A stretch of 64,000 nucleotides of DNA from Octopus bimaculoides (taxonomy: Eukaryota), in assembly GCF_001194135.2 (NCBI RefSeq), contig NC_068998.1:22956979-23020978 (forward strand). Direction: 5' to 3'. This document shows positions 51,001 through 64,000 of the stretch, in pieces. The first letter of the stretch is position 1, and each line of letters opens with the position of its first letter. Position numbers and translations under genes: made by a program. A model generated the notes under the pieces. It was given only the letters and a program-made list of their open reading frames with translations. It ran no database searches and was not told where the DNA came from.

Positions 51001-53574
51001 GTCATTAGCTCCTTTTCTTTCCATAAACTATTCAAAGACATTCTAATATGCTTTCTGGATTATATATGATGAAGCAATTTTCAGTAGTACATCTATCTAA
51101 CAGTGCGTTTTACCTACAGAACCAACGATGGCATGATTTGCTTATATCATATACTGCACTAAATTTTAATACAATATTCATATGCTGCGGCAAAAATATC
51201 TAACCACGCGTTTATACCAAACGTAATAATAAATAAATAATTAGTTGTGTCGGCGAAGACAGTTGACGCCTGTTGACAAAGTTATTTTCAGAAGGAATGA
51301 AATTTAACACAACTTAAATATGTGGTTTTCTTCATGATTTAACACGTAATAAGATGTTCTAAACAGACAGAAAAGATGGCATTCATGTGGACATGTTACT
51401 GTTGCATCAGGCGATTTGGTTCCCATTAATTCTGGTAATACTTTTTAGTGTAACGATGTCTTACATTCGCAAGATAGAACAAAGTTGAATTTCATAATTT
51501 GAGATTCTATTCTGATTTTAGTGAACAGAATCCTAATGTGCCGAGCATAATGCTTAGTTAGTTGTAAGAATGAAGAAAGTGTAAATACTGTCAAGCATTA
51601 CCTAATTTCTGTATTGTTTCAACAAAACAGCCCGTTAATAATATTGAAGTTTCTTTTGAGGTAAAATTATGGAATATTGGAGTGCTGTAGGCTACCCAAC
51701 GACGTTGTACAGCTGCCAGATAGTAAATAGATGGGATTTAAAGTAAATTATGTTAGACTCTATTACGTCCATTCATTTTATAAACCACAGTTGGACGATA
51801 TGACAAGTCGTATATACAGCATTACATTTCTTCCCAGATAAATTTTGCGTAGCTATATTTTATGTTCACATTCATTACATAACTTGTATAAGTGATTACA
51901 CTATAACGTGCTTTCTATTTCCTATTTCTTATGAATACTGTTTCTTGCACTTTTATCTCTATTGTTATATCACCACAGGCTAATTCGTCAGCCACTTAGC
52001 ATTTGTACGATGGGTAAGATGCGAATGTTCAACATGTTATTAGCTACAGATTCATAATTATAGTGTCTGATGAAATGAACATGTTTTAATAATACATGGC
52101 ATACATATCTCATGAATTCTAGTTAGATTTACCATTGGAAATCTAAACTAAATTATCCTCTATTATATTGATCGGTATGGTAATTATTGTATTAAGTACT
52201 GATCAATATATAACAACGAAACCCTCCGAGGCAATTGAATTCAGATGATAGTGTGATGGAAAGAAATATTGAAAATAATTCAGTATAATACTCTTAAAAC
52301 ATGTTTCCCTCTGCTGTCTGTCATATATCACTGAGTCTGAAATCAAGTGAATATTTATCATAAAGTCATTTTCATTGTAACGACTTCGAATAACGTTACA
52401 AATATTAAATATATTTCGATGGAATAAGAAATAATGATTCGCAGCTTTCTAGACATTCTCAGAGAAAAGTAAAAGCGGACAAAAGATAACACCAAAGTTT
52501 GCAATAAACATTGACTATCACTTCATACTTTAGAAAATGTATTGAAAAATGGGCAAAATACACACAAGGTCAATGATCAACGTCTTCTCCCGCTTTGCAA
52601 GAAAGATTTCTGTTCATTCTTTTCAGCAATGTTATTTATAACGTAATAGTAAATGTCATATAAAGCAATATATTCCTATCCATTGTGGATGACGATATCC
52701 TCAAAACTTCAATGCATAAATATATCTTATATTGATATGCATTCCTTATTTTTCTTTTTGTTTCTAGCAGTAATTTCAGCATCTAGTATAAAGAGGAAAA
52801 AACAGTCATACATACATACCGCGCTCACACACGCGTACAAGTCCACACACACACGCGCACACGCGCAAACACACACGCTCACGCACAGACACATAGACAC
52901 TCACACACAGACGCATCTACAGGCACACACATATACACGCACGCTTTATCATTCAGGAAAGTAGCTTCAATTTTCAATTTATTGCTGCCTTTATTTCATT
53001 TCTGAGTGCGATTCTTAGTATTTCATTGCTGCAACTAAATCGTCACGATTAGTTATTATTTATTCTCGCGCATTCAAAATAATTGTAAAATAACAATCTG
53101 ATTAATTTTATAACTAAAATACAGGAAAATTACAAAAATAAAACAAGTATAACAAGGCTTAATAACCGTAAAGTAATAAAGAAAAACAAGTTTAATTAAA
53201 GAAATGCTATCATAAATACAATATGTGATATCATTTTAAAAATGAATTCAGATGTAATAAAGACACATAAACAGTCAAACTTCTGATTTTTAATCCAAAG
53301 TTAGTGATTACATGTTCAAATAATTTAGAATGTTTTGTTGGTTAATCGAACAGAACATACGGAGTGTATTTTCTTTTCTCAGGAAAATCGGTATGTGATT
53401 TTCTTTATTTGGATCATTGTTAGAGTAAATCAAACCCGACATTGTTTAGCATTTTCCGAATAGAATGTATATACGCGGTAGTGCCGCTCTCATACGTGTT
53501 AACCGTGGAAACTACAATGTACTACTAAAAGTTTAAAGGTGTAATTATGATTGATAAAAAATAAAATATTTGCC

Positions 53575-53740
53575 TAAGTTTTCACGTCATCGGCTTCAAA
53601 ATAGTCACCTTGCGCAGCAAAACAGTGGTCCCAGCATTCATGCTACAGTTAGATTCCATCCTGGGAGTCGCTTTCCGTAAGAAAGCTGCGGACCTTCTGT
53701 AATTCGGTCTTCATCTCGATAATGGCGTTAGAACAGCAAC
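53575..53740. mobile_element. Probable mariner-derived fragment
   Basis: ttcaaaatagtcaccttgcgcagcaaaacagtggtcccagcattcatgctac resembles the sub-terminal sequence of mariner elements; short and diverged. Confidence 0.35.
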
Positions 53741-54693
53741 ATTTGAGCTGTATTTTTTATCTTGGGGACGTGCTAGAAGTCAACAGGGGCTAAATCTGGA
53801 AAATAGGGCAGGTGTACAAACGATACCATGTTTTTGGTGACAAAATCACAAGTGTGATTTTTTTCCTGAGGTTACATACGTATGGGCATATCGTGTAAAA
53901 AATATATACACACACACACACANNNNNNNNNNNNNNNNNNNNNNNNNNNNNNNNNNNNNNNNNNNNNNNNNNNNNNNNNNNNNNNNNNNNNNNNNNNNNN
54001 NNNNNNNNNNNNNNNNNNNNNNNNNNNNNNNNNNNNNNNNNNNNNNNNNNNNNNNNNNNNNNNNNNNNNNNNNNNNNNNNNNNNNNNNNNNNNNNNNNNN
54101 NNNNNNNNNNNNNNNNNNNNNNNNNNNNNNNNNNNNNNNNNNNNNNNNNNNNNNNNNNNNNNNNNNNNNNNNNNNNNNNNNNNNNNNNNNNNNNNNNNNN
54201 NNNNNNNNNNNNNNNNNNNNNNNNNNNNNNNNNNNNNNNNNNNNNNNNNNNNNNNNNNNNNNNNNNNNNNNNNNNNNNNNNNNNNNNNNNNNNNNNNNNN
54301 NNNNNNNNNNNNNNNNNNNNNNNNNNNNNNNNNNNNNNNNNNNNNNNNNNNNNNNNNNNNNNNNNNNNNNNNNNNNNNNNNNNNNNNNNNNNNNNNNNNN
54401 NNNNNNNNNNNNNNNNNNNNNNNNNNNNNNNNNNNNNNNNNNNNNNNNNNNNNNNNNNNNNNNNNNNNNNNNNNNNNNNNNNNNNNNNNNNNNNNNNNNN
54501 NNNNNNNNNNNNNNNNNNNNNNNNNNNNNNNNNNNNNNNNNNNNNNNNNNNNNNNNNNNNNNNNNNNNNNNNNNNNNNNNNNNNNNNNNNNNNNNNNNNN
54601 NNNNNNNNNNNNNNNNNNNNNNNNNNNNNNNNNNNNNNNNNNNNNNNNNNNNNNNNNNNNNNNNNNNNNNNNNNNNNNNNNNNNNNNNNNNNN

Positions 54694-54724
<31 letters not shown>

Positions 54725-54729
54725 TTATA

Positions 54730-54827
<98 letters not shown>

Positions 54828-56659
54828 GGAGGCGGGGAGACGAAAATTCTTACCGGCCGTATTCAGCGAAAACGCCGGATGAATTGTAGCATTTGTGAAT
54901 CTTTTCAAAGCCGTGTGATTGTCGCCAGCTCAATGCTCTGACGAGATGTCGATGCATCCGATACACGAATCAGTGAATAAAACTTACACTGAATATAACT
55001 GTCCCCTGATGTTGGAATTGCAATGACTCTTACTTTTGTGTGTGTTTCGGTACGCAATAATTTTGGTAAATTCTTCTTTCTTAGAATACGGTATTTTAAT
55101 ATCTGATATGACGACTTAATTATTCAAACAGATTTACAGTGATTGTGTTACAGTTAGAGACTATTAGATTATAGCACATTTTTGCTAGTGGATTTCTTTT
55201 CAAAACATGCACAATCATACTTCAACATGGCACGGTAACCAATTCAGTATGATCTAATTCCTGACACTATATAAAACATCATTTTAATTGTAACACTTGT
55301 CTAATACAATTACTTTGAGGGATTTCTTCACTATGGTTGAGCAGGGTGATCCCAAACAAGGAATCAAGACGCATAGGTTAGAAAACAGCAATAATTATAT
55401 TTCCATTTGAACTCAGAACACGAGATGTGCCTTTCAACATGGAGCTTATATTGCACATAAAAAGCTTAAATCCGTGAATTTTATTCTAATTCAATCCTAT
55501 CTATACAATGACTATCTTTATAAAAAATATATATGTTCTTTGAATAGTTCCGCCTTAATGTAATTAAATTATGAATATATGAATGAGAAATGAAGTAATG
55601 GCTAAAAGAAGCGCAATATTAATTAAAATCCTCCTTACTAAATTAATCAGTTCACGATCATACACTATATCAATGTATTCCTAAGTTGTGTTTTCTCCTA
55701 TAATGCTGCCTTAAGGATAAAATTAATACAGAAAACTATTATCCTAAACTAATACAGAAATCAAATGAAAATGGTCATATATATGACGATGTAAAATTAT
55801 CAGTCCTTTGATCACATCGTTAATTAAATTATAAACAAATTGAGTTATTCATTCAACAATCTAGAACTATAATTAATTTTGTAGATCATATATTCATAAA
55901 TTCATGAAATTCAGTGGCTTCTGCGCAATCCACAGACTATTTGTGTAGATTATACAGAATATAAAATATTTCTTGAACATTTTCCATAAGTTTGAATTTA
56001 TATGTAGACATAAACTCCCACATAATCATGAACGTATACAAACAAACACACACATATGCACACAAACACATACACACAGATGCACACACACACGTACAAA
56101 CACTCACATATTAAAGCACACAAGCACGTAAGCACACACACATATTAAACAAAAAGAATGCTTTGCAAACGCCTCTGTAAGCGGGGTCTTTTTCATTTCT
56201 TTGTAAGCGTGTTTGTATGTCTGAACATGTGTATATGTATCTGTATCAAGTGATGTATGCCAGTTTTAATGCATGACACGAAGGTTTTTAATGTATACGT
56301 TTGAAGTCTTAATTGTGGGCGTAATAGAACACGTGCAAATGTTGTTTCATGACTCATCCTTTTTACCATTAATGAATAACATTATTTTAAAACTATTATT
56401 GACCATTACAAAGCAATATATAGCATTCCTTAGGCATTTTTTGCTAGAATTTTGTTTTGAAAATTTATAGCACGCTGTTTTATAATACATAAAATGAAAG
56501 CATGTGGAGCATCTTTCGATTTACATAAATAATCTAAATATTTTCATTCTATCTATCAATCTATCTATCTAGATAGATAGATATATAGATATATAGATAG
56601 ATAGATAGATAAATATGTACGTACATAGATACATACAAAAGTGTGTATATATATACACC

Positions 56660-56690
<31 letters not shown>

Positions 56691-57679
56691 ATATATATAC
56701 ATATATATACATACACACAGACACACACACACACACACACACNNNNNNNNNNNNNNNNNNNNNNNNNNNNNNNNNNNNNNNNNNNNNNNNNNNNNNNNNN
56801 NNNNNNNNNNNNNNNNNNNNNNNNNNNNNNNNNNNNNNNNNNNNNNNNNNNNNNNNNNNNNNNNNNNNNNNNNNNNNNNNNNNNNNNNNNNNNNNNNNNN
56901 NNNNNNNNNNNNNNNNNNNNNNNNNNNNNNNNNNNNNNNNNNNNNNNNNNNNNNNNNNNNNNNNNNNNNNNNNNNNNNNNNNNNNNNNNNNNNNNNNNNN
57001 NNNNNNNNNNNNNNNNNNNNNNNNNNNNNNNNNNNNNNNNNNNNNNNNNNNNNNNNNNNNNNNTATATATATATAGATATATGTATGTATAGGAAGAGAG
57101 AATAGATACAAAGACACACACGCACACACACACATATGCAAACCGAAAATGAAAGACACATTAAAACCTAAGTCAAAAGGACGTACACCGTGAATGTGTC
57201 AGGTTGACGCTCAGTTTAAGTTGGAAAAGTGAGTTTGCGTCTGACGTCTCGAGCATGACTACTCTTCGTAAAATGCAACGCGTAAAGGCTAGGATAGAAT
57301 GAAAGGTAGTTCAGGAAAAGCACGTTTATCGTCAAATAACTGAATATATTTGTGCGTATATATGTGTATATTAATCGTCTGTATGAAGTTTACAATGCGT
57401 ATGCAACAGCCGTAATATTGCGTGTGCTATATACTTGAGAATGACGTCAATAAGGTTAATGTAAGATGGTCGTGTTCGAATATGGTTGCTTTTTCTTAGC
57501 GAAAAAAAACAACAACTTCAGACACACTGAGCTGGGACAATATCTTCACTTCGATAATCAGCATGCAAAATCTTCAAAGATTTGAACGTAATATCGTGTG
57601 GAACGTACGCGCGTACACACACATACATACAGAAACACACATCCTCAGACACACATATACTAAAGGACACAAACATACG

Positions 57680-57960
57680 CATGGCTTAGTGGTTACGTTG
57701 CTAAACTCGTGATCTAACGATTTTGAGTTCATACCCAGACCGGCGGGGAGGGGTGGGGGTTCTTGAGCAAAACACTTGATTTCACGCTGCTCTGTGATAA
57801 GTGCAAAACTTCACACGTAGCACATTCTGCACCTGTTCAGACAACATGAATTTGATGGAAGAAGTGAGCGTTGATGCAGCACGAACATTTGATCACTATA
57901 AAGAAATCATGTGTGCAAGTCGCTCGGAGGAGGCTGAACACTCGTACGTCATCTTTGACG
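57680..57960 (+). mobile_element. tRNA-derived SINE, family 3
   Basis: A-box-like tggcttagtgg, B-box-like gagttcatacc, then cttgagcaaaacacttgatttcacgctgctc (conserved SINE central-domain-like) and a CAT-rich tail. Confidence 0.6.
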
Positions 57961-59092
57961 GGAGAGTCCATCATCAACATCATCATCATCATCATCAGTA
58001 TCATATATATGTATAAAGATGCCCCGAAAATATATACACCTGAAGATACATACATTTACACATAAGCATATATACACATATATTAATATACGTATATATA
58101 TACATATTATGAGTGTGTCTCTTATTTTCTTTAGATTCTGTGGTGTTTGCATTGTTTTTGGCGTCGGAAAATCTGACATTGATAGAACATTCGTAAGATG
58201 AGTGTCATTATAATTTGAGGTTTGATAATATACTTTGTAAGTCTTGCTGCAGTTCAACTCATTTTGGCGGATCCTCAATGGGATCGTCCTACCAAGGATA
58301 AGTAGTCATTTTTTCTTTCTAAATTTTAGTGTTTGAGATCAATCCGTTTGCTCTGATAAATGTGTATAAATTGACTGTTTAGCAACGTTTTGAACATTAC
58401 ATGGTGAATGGAAATCATGGGGAAATATTTATTATGAGCGGAAGTCAGTTTCCCAATTCATCATTGTATGCATTAGCCCATCGTGATTTCGTTGATAACA
58501 ATGACTATCTAATCATGTTTGTTTAAGAATGTGTAACAATTGGAAATATAGTTGATGTTGACATAAATATTTTCATAGAGTTATGGAATATACATTGAAA
58601 GACCGTTCTATCGTCACGAAGTTAATCATGTTTTGTTTTTTTTTGTAATTAATACTCCATTAACTTTATGAGAGAAAATCTATCATCGTGTATATATGAC
58701 TGATAAACGATTGTGAACATGTGTTAATATCGAGAGTAATTCTTTTATGGTAAGAGGTGTTTAGTTGCAATGATATGCATAAACATCTTTCAATCTTCTA
58801 AATATCTCTAAAGACCATACAAATTCTATAAACAGCAGCAATGTAAATCTAGTCAAGTTTTCTTGTCAGTTTCTTTTATTGTTATAAAATAAATTAATAT
58901 TTATATAACATCATTTTATTACACGATGTAGGTTCTGAGCTAAAATTCTGCCCAGGTCAAAATTACTTTACAATCATTAACAGATAAAATAAATTACCGG
59001 TTGACAACTCGGATCGATGCTTCCTCATACAATAAGACTTCGGGGAATTATTTAATACGTAATGCCTCTTGAATACAAGGAGTAAAATCAGG

Positions 59093-59275
59093 GTTTCAAA
59101 TTTTGGCACAAGCACAGACCTATTACAGGACATTTTAAGCCCATTACAGCGACCCCACTGTTTAACTTGTACGTATATTATCGAGCCCGAAAGGATGAAA
59201 GAGACAGCTACCTTTGGCAGGATTTCAAATTTAAATGTATAGACAGACATTCAGCCAGTTCGCTACACCATCTCA
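59093..59275 (-). mobile_element. tRNA-derived SINE, family 1 (diverged)
   Basis: tttcaaattttggcacaag...gaccccactgtttaacttgtacgtatattatcgagcccgaaaggatgaaag...ggcaggatttcaa. Confidence 0.65.
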
Positions 59276-59624
59276 CAATAACGTAATGTTAGAAGTTCAA
59301 ATCCAACGTTCTAATCGTCTATTAGTAATTAGAATTAAACGCGATAAGCTGTAAACGCATAGACAATGTGAAACTTGCAATATTTACAGTTCACTATGGA
59401 CACGATCCGTACCAATGTTTATGGATTTTCTTCAATTTCTAAATCTTGATTTCGGATATACTACAATAATTTTTTGTGGTATTTCGTACAATTAAATATA
59501 TCATTCCATTACAGCATGACTAGGATTAAATAACACTTCTGATAATCTGGGAATATTGTGTGAGAATAAAAAGCTAAGCCAACCCTAAGGAGATTTATCT
59601 GTGATATCTTCTGAGTGAGGTTTT

Positions 59625-59694
59625 ATATAGATATATATATATATATCGATAGATAGGTAGATAGATAGCTAGATAGATAGATATATATATATAT

Positions 59695-59757
<63 letters not shown>

Positions 59758-59760
59758 TGA
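59625..59760. repeat. (TA)n/(GATA)n microsatellite
   Basis: Direct reading. Confidence 0.92.
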
Positions 59761-62436
59761 AGAGAGAAGGACAGATAGAAAGATATGCATACACATGCAT
59801 ACATATATGCAACCTAGCCACCTACATACCTATTCATCGAATCACTGCAAAAATGCCTTAATTCTACATGCATTACCTAAATTAAATATAATTTTATTTC
59901 TCGAGAATTCATTTACGTATCAATCAATAGGAATGGATTTTGTAAATTATATTAAATATTTTCCATTAGATATTTAGAAATATATTGTATCCAAACCCTG
60001 TAAAATGCATTGGTATAGAATTAAGCCGTACTGAAGAAATCCATTAACAATCGACAAAACATATATAAATACGGGCATAATTAACTGTATGGATGTCATC
60101 CATACAATCAATTATAGAGGTTTACATTTTGCTGTTTGAGCAATATCAAGTACATAGAAAGCGAGTATAATCCTTTCCACTATAGGCACAAGGCCTGAAA
60201 TTAGAATTTGACGACAATCGAATGAAATATATTCATCCATCATATCGGAATAGTAGAAAGTGTTCCAGTGAGTCAGCAAATTATTTCTTCTTTATTATAG
60301 TTTTAATTGAGTATAATTTTGATTCCGTTTTAAGTTATATTGGATTGACTTTCACTCAGTGGAGGATATGATACCCCAGCATAGTGGTAGTCCTACACTT
60401 AAAATCATTAAAATAATACAAGAATTATTTCTTTAACTCCGAAAGAAATCCTAAGTTATTGACATTCAAAGGCGTAGTGTGGAACAAAATTATTTGAACT
60501 GAAATATGTGTGCATTTTCTCATATTTTTCGTATTATTTGTTTTTTATACAAGAATATTTACTATGATATATCTCCACTGATGACTTGATATAATGATAA
60601 CGGTATTGGTTGTGGTTATGGCAGTTTTCAGGAGGTCGTGAGTATATTTGGGTCAGATGTATATTGGGAACAAGCAGAATATCGAGCATAAGGCTGAATA
60701 ATTTTCAAATGCATATCGGGGCGTATACTGGATGCGGGATATATCGGTGATAGTGAATATTGATGCTTAAGTGAATATCAAAATGTGAAAATCTAATACT
60801 TGCGTCAGTCGATGTCGATTTGATATTACTCAGTTTTAAGTAAGAATGTATGTGATTTTCCTTTAATTGAAGGAAACTGTGTGAAACAATTTGTTGGTGA
60901 TAATATTATTGTTAATATTGCTAATGATGCTGTACGTTTAGCAACTTACAATTTAGATCATAAAAGATTCGCATCACACTAAGGACAATACACACTGAAG
61001 ACGCTTCACACTGAGGAGACTTCACTATAAGTGTGATACTTTATGTTGATGATAATGCTGGTAATAGAGGGAAAATATTGTTGTTGTGTACGGTAATTAA
61101 GAAATTGAATGCGTATTTGACTCGATCATGCACGAATTGGTGACAGTAATTGTGAAACGAATACTTTTATTTCTGTTATTAACATTGTTGATGTAGACCA
61201 ATGTTAATCTTTGTTTAGAAGACATTATACACAAATTATTTCTGCCATGAAACTGCAGCCCTTCGTTTCCGTATTTCGTATCGAGGGTAATATATTAAAT
61301 AATTTGCCACTAATTTTCTACACATATAGATGTAATTTGATTTTTATTTCTTATTTGCAGAATATGTATCAGTTACGTACAATCTACGTGTTTGTGTTTG
61401 GTTTTTGAGTATGATGAATGTAAGGGCATAATAATCAATTTGTAATGTGCTTGAGTACGAGTTTTAATTATGATAACGGTAGCGATTGATTAGGACTTTG
61501 TCATTGGTTTCGATCATTATTATTCTGTATTGTTAATGATCCTTGTTGCTTCAGTCACAACAGTGATTATGATGGTGTCAGATGTCAAAGCATAAATCAT
61601 ATTAAGGAGAGTCAGAAGTTATAATCCTATTTTGATACGAATTGAAAAAAAAACAAAATTTAATCGTAGTTTTGTTTACGTACAGAAAGAAAATATGGAC
61701 ATTTCTATTCCCAGTGTGCTTTCCAATTTTTTTCTAAATGTTGACACTCCTGTAAATATGTGTGTTTGACCAGAGGTTAGTTAAAATTATTTTTCAATGA
61801 ATACCAAATAAATAAACATTCTTACTTTTATTATTTCTCAGTTGAACATGATAAACGAGCTTTATAGTAAAGAATAACACAAAGTATAATAGGAATTTTT
61901 GTAAAACCTATGCCCTGAGTTAAAGTCTTCTTGCATTCAACAATAACTTACATTTTGGTAATTTAGTCAAATAATTCAATCCAACTAAGAGTTCTATAGC
62001 AGAAATGAACTACGGAGGGCTGCGATCTGCAATGTGCGATCGGGTTATGAAGCAACAGAATGCTACTACACGTTAATTGTAAGAATGTGGCGCCGATATC
62101 GTATCATTTTGAATGAATTAAATGTTTTGTAAATATTTAAATTTTACACGTAAACGAACTCTTTAGTTCCTGCTTTTTGCAGTTTGTTGTATTTTTGATT
62201 ATTGAAGTAAAGTGTTTGAGCAGTGTCAGATACGATGCCAGTATTAATTCAGCAATGCAAATAAGATTTACCTCTATCTTTGTCCCGCATCTCTCTCTCC
62301 CTCTCTCTCTCTTTCTTACTCTTTCAAGACGATGGTCTAAAAATAATATTTGTTGCCTTATTCGAGTTCTAACCAAAATAAGCTCATGATTAAAGGCCAT
62401 CAACTACCATCGGGCCGACATTTCATTATTGTCTTA

Positions 62437-62794
62437 TTACCTACGCCTTGGCGAAGGCGGAGGTATTGTTTGCAGCTGTGTTTGTTTGTTTGTCCGAAGA
62501 CAAGACATCTCAAAAACCACTGGATGTGTTCGAACGAAACTATCAGGCCTCGTGACTGGCACGAACTGATTAGATTTGGGGATCAATCCGGTGTCGAACA
62601 AGGATGCTGGATCATTTTTCATATTTCCTTTACTTAAATTTTCAGAGCAATCACGTTCATTTTTAGCATTCTCGTTTATGAGAGCAGTCAAGTATTTTTC
62701 AGATATTTTCATTTTAAAAAGCAACTCTGGCTAATCGTTGAAAGGATGTTGGTGTTGCTTTGGCAGAGGTTTGCGCTCTCTGAGTACTCTTGTT
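62437..62794 (+). mobile_element. Helentron/HINE (DINE-1-like) non-autonomous rolling-circle element, apparently complete
   Basis: 5' hairpin acctacgcc-ttggcgaa-ggcggaggt, (GTTT)n stretch, 3' sub-terminal ttggcagaggt followed by stem-loop gcgctc-tct-gagtac and T-rich ends. Confidence 0.65.
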
Positions 62795-63169
62795 ATAATT
62801 AGAATTATTCTAAATATATTGATCTGCAAGGTTATTGATATGGATATGAAGTGGAGAAAGAACATCTTTTCTATAGAGAGTAAACAGTAAAATCAGCATA
62901 GATATTGATGTTGCTAGAAATAACAGCCAAATAACGTAGCATTCGCTTCCACATTAGGCATTGGACGATACGGACTTTAGCATAGGTGTGAGAAAGCAGG
63001 CTGATTTGAAGACTAAATAAAGAACGGTAAATTAAATTTAATAAGGAATTTGCATATTTGCATTTCTTAGTCGTTAATCATTCATAATCTCTTAGTGAAT
63101 ATTGAAGATACGATAGCCTAAATGGTGTGAAATTAATTATCCATCATATTTGTGTTCAGTTTCTGCGAG

Positions 63170-63955
63170 CTAGTAGAGTTCATGTTAGACTATGGTCTGG
63201 GGTGGGGACCATGGGCTCCGAAAGAAATCAGTTGATCAACTTGCTCAGAACTTTCCGGCCGGAGTATATGAATAATGAGCAGAAAACCCTGGCTTGGTTT
63301 TGTTACCTACCTGCCTTACCTGTTCGAGAGAGGATGTCAAGGCACGGCTGTGCCATCTCACCTACATGCACGAGGTGCGGGCAAGACAGTGAAGCTGTCT
63401 GCACGTCTTCGTGCAGAAATAAGGGATTTGATAGACTATGTCGAGCAGATGTTAACGAGAGGAAGAGTAGTGATATCGGATGAATCTATCAAGATTGTAC
63501 TGCCTCCTCTCTTTAACAATGAGAGGCAGGTGTGTTTTTTCTGTGTAGTAGCCATACTGAAACAGACAATGTGAAAGAAAGACTTGTAAAAGATGGATTG
63601 AGACATGTAATTTCATCTCCAGACGAGGGTTGGTGAGTTATTTTTAACTACCACCTTAAGAGTAAAATCCGTCTGGAGAGAAGATACCTGTCGCAAGTGT
63701 ATTTACAAAAAGTTGGACGCCTGTAGTGAGAATTTTCTATGAGAGAATGAAGCCAGTTTACAGGAAATTATAAACGTATTACCTGCGTCATTTTATTCGA
63801 ATTCATTTCCTTTCATTCGATATTTCCGATTTATATTCGATTTTAATCTTATGTTAACCCTCACCCTCATGTTAACGCGAATACGCTACTCATCTATATT
63901 TGTCTGTCCTGTATTGTCCCCTGTATGTTGGACTCTGGTGGGCAAATAAAGAACA
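63170..63955 (+). mobile_element. L1/Tx1-like LINE 3' end (zinc-binding region after RT), decayed
   Basis: TFRPEYMNNEQKTLAWFCY..ALPVRERMSRHGCAISPTCTRCGQDSE, then LIDYVEQML..GRV..S.ESIKIVLPP..; 3' UTR ending tgtattgtcccctgtatgttggactctggtgggcaaataaagaa. Confidence 0.7.
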
Positions 63956-64000
63956 TCGAATGTGAGAGCGTTAGTTTCGTTATTGATTCTGAATTGGAGT

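Overview
AT-rich, microsatellite-dense eukaryotic DNA with eight N-gaps (about 3.1 kb in total). The repeat families (tRNA-derived SINEs, AAT-associated RLE LINEs, RTE LINEs, mariner/Tc1) resemble those I associate with octopod cephalopod genomes; this taxon call is inference. I find no convincing host protein-coding gene, so the window reads as intergenic or deep-intronic. The long ORFs in the track are almost all artefacts of N-runs or simple repeats. Recognisable coding remnants are transposon-derived: about eight R4/Dong-like (RLE-type) LINE fragments often embedded in (AAT)n tracts, RTE-type pieces (APE, RT and a C2H2 zinc-finger 3' end), a Penelope-like GIY-YIG remnant plus two probable Penelope terminal-repeat pieces, two L1/Tx1-like fragments, one full-length decayed mariner with intact TIRs and a decayed Tc1. 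There are also non-autonomous elements: a mariner MITE, two Helentron/HINE-like copies, several SINEs and three copies of a ~540-bp AAT-tailed non-coding repeat. The most interesting signals are two minimal hammerhead-ribozyme-like motifs (38.7 kb minus, 49.35 kb plus), a multi-C2H2 tail with LINE-like 3' end (4.1 kb), repeated nesting of elements into AAT tails, an in-frame RT-deleted RLE LINE and a pre-miRNA-sized or MITE-like hairpin (29.8 kb). None is shown to be a new biological system; all need the stated checks.
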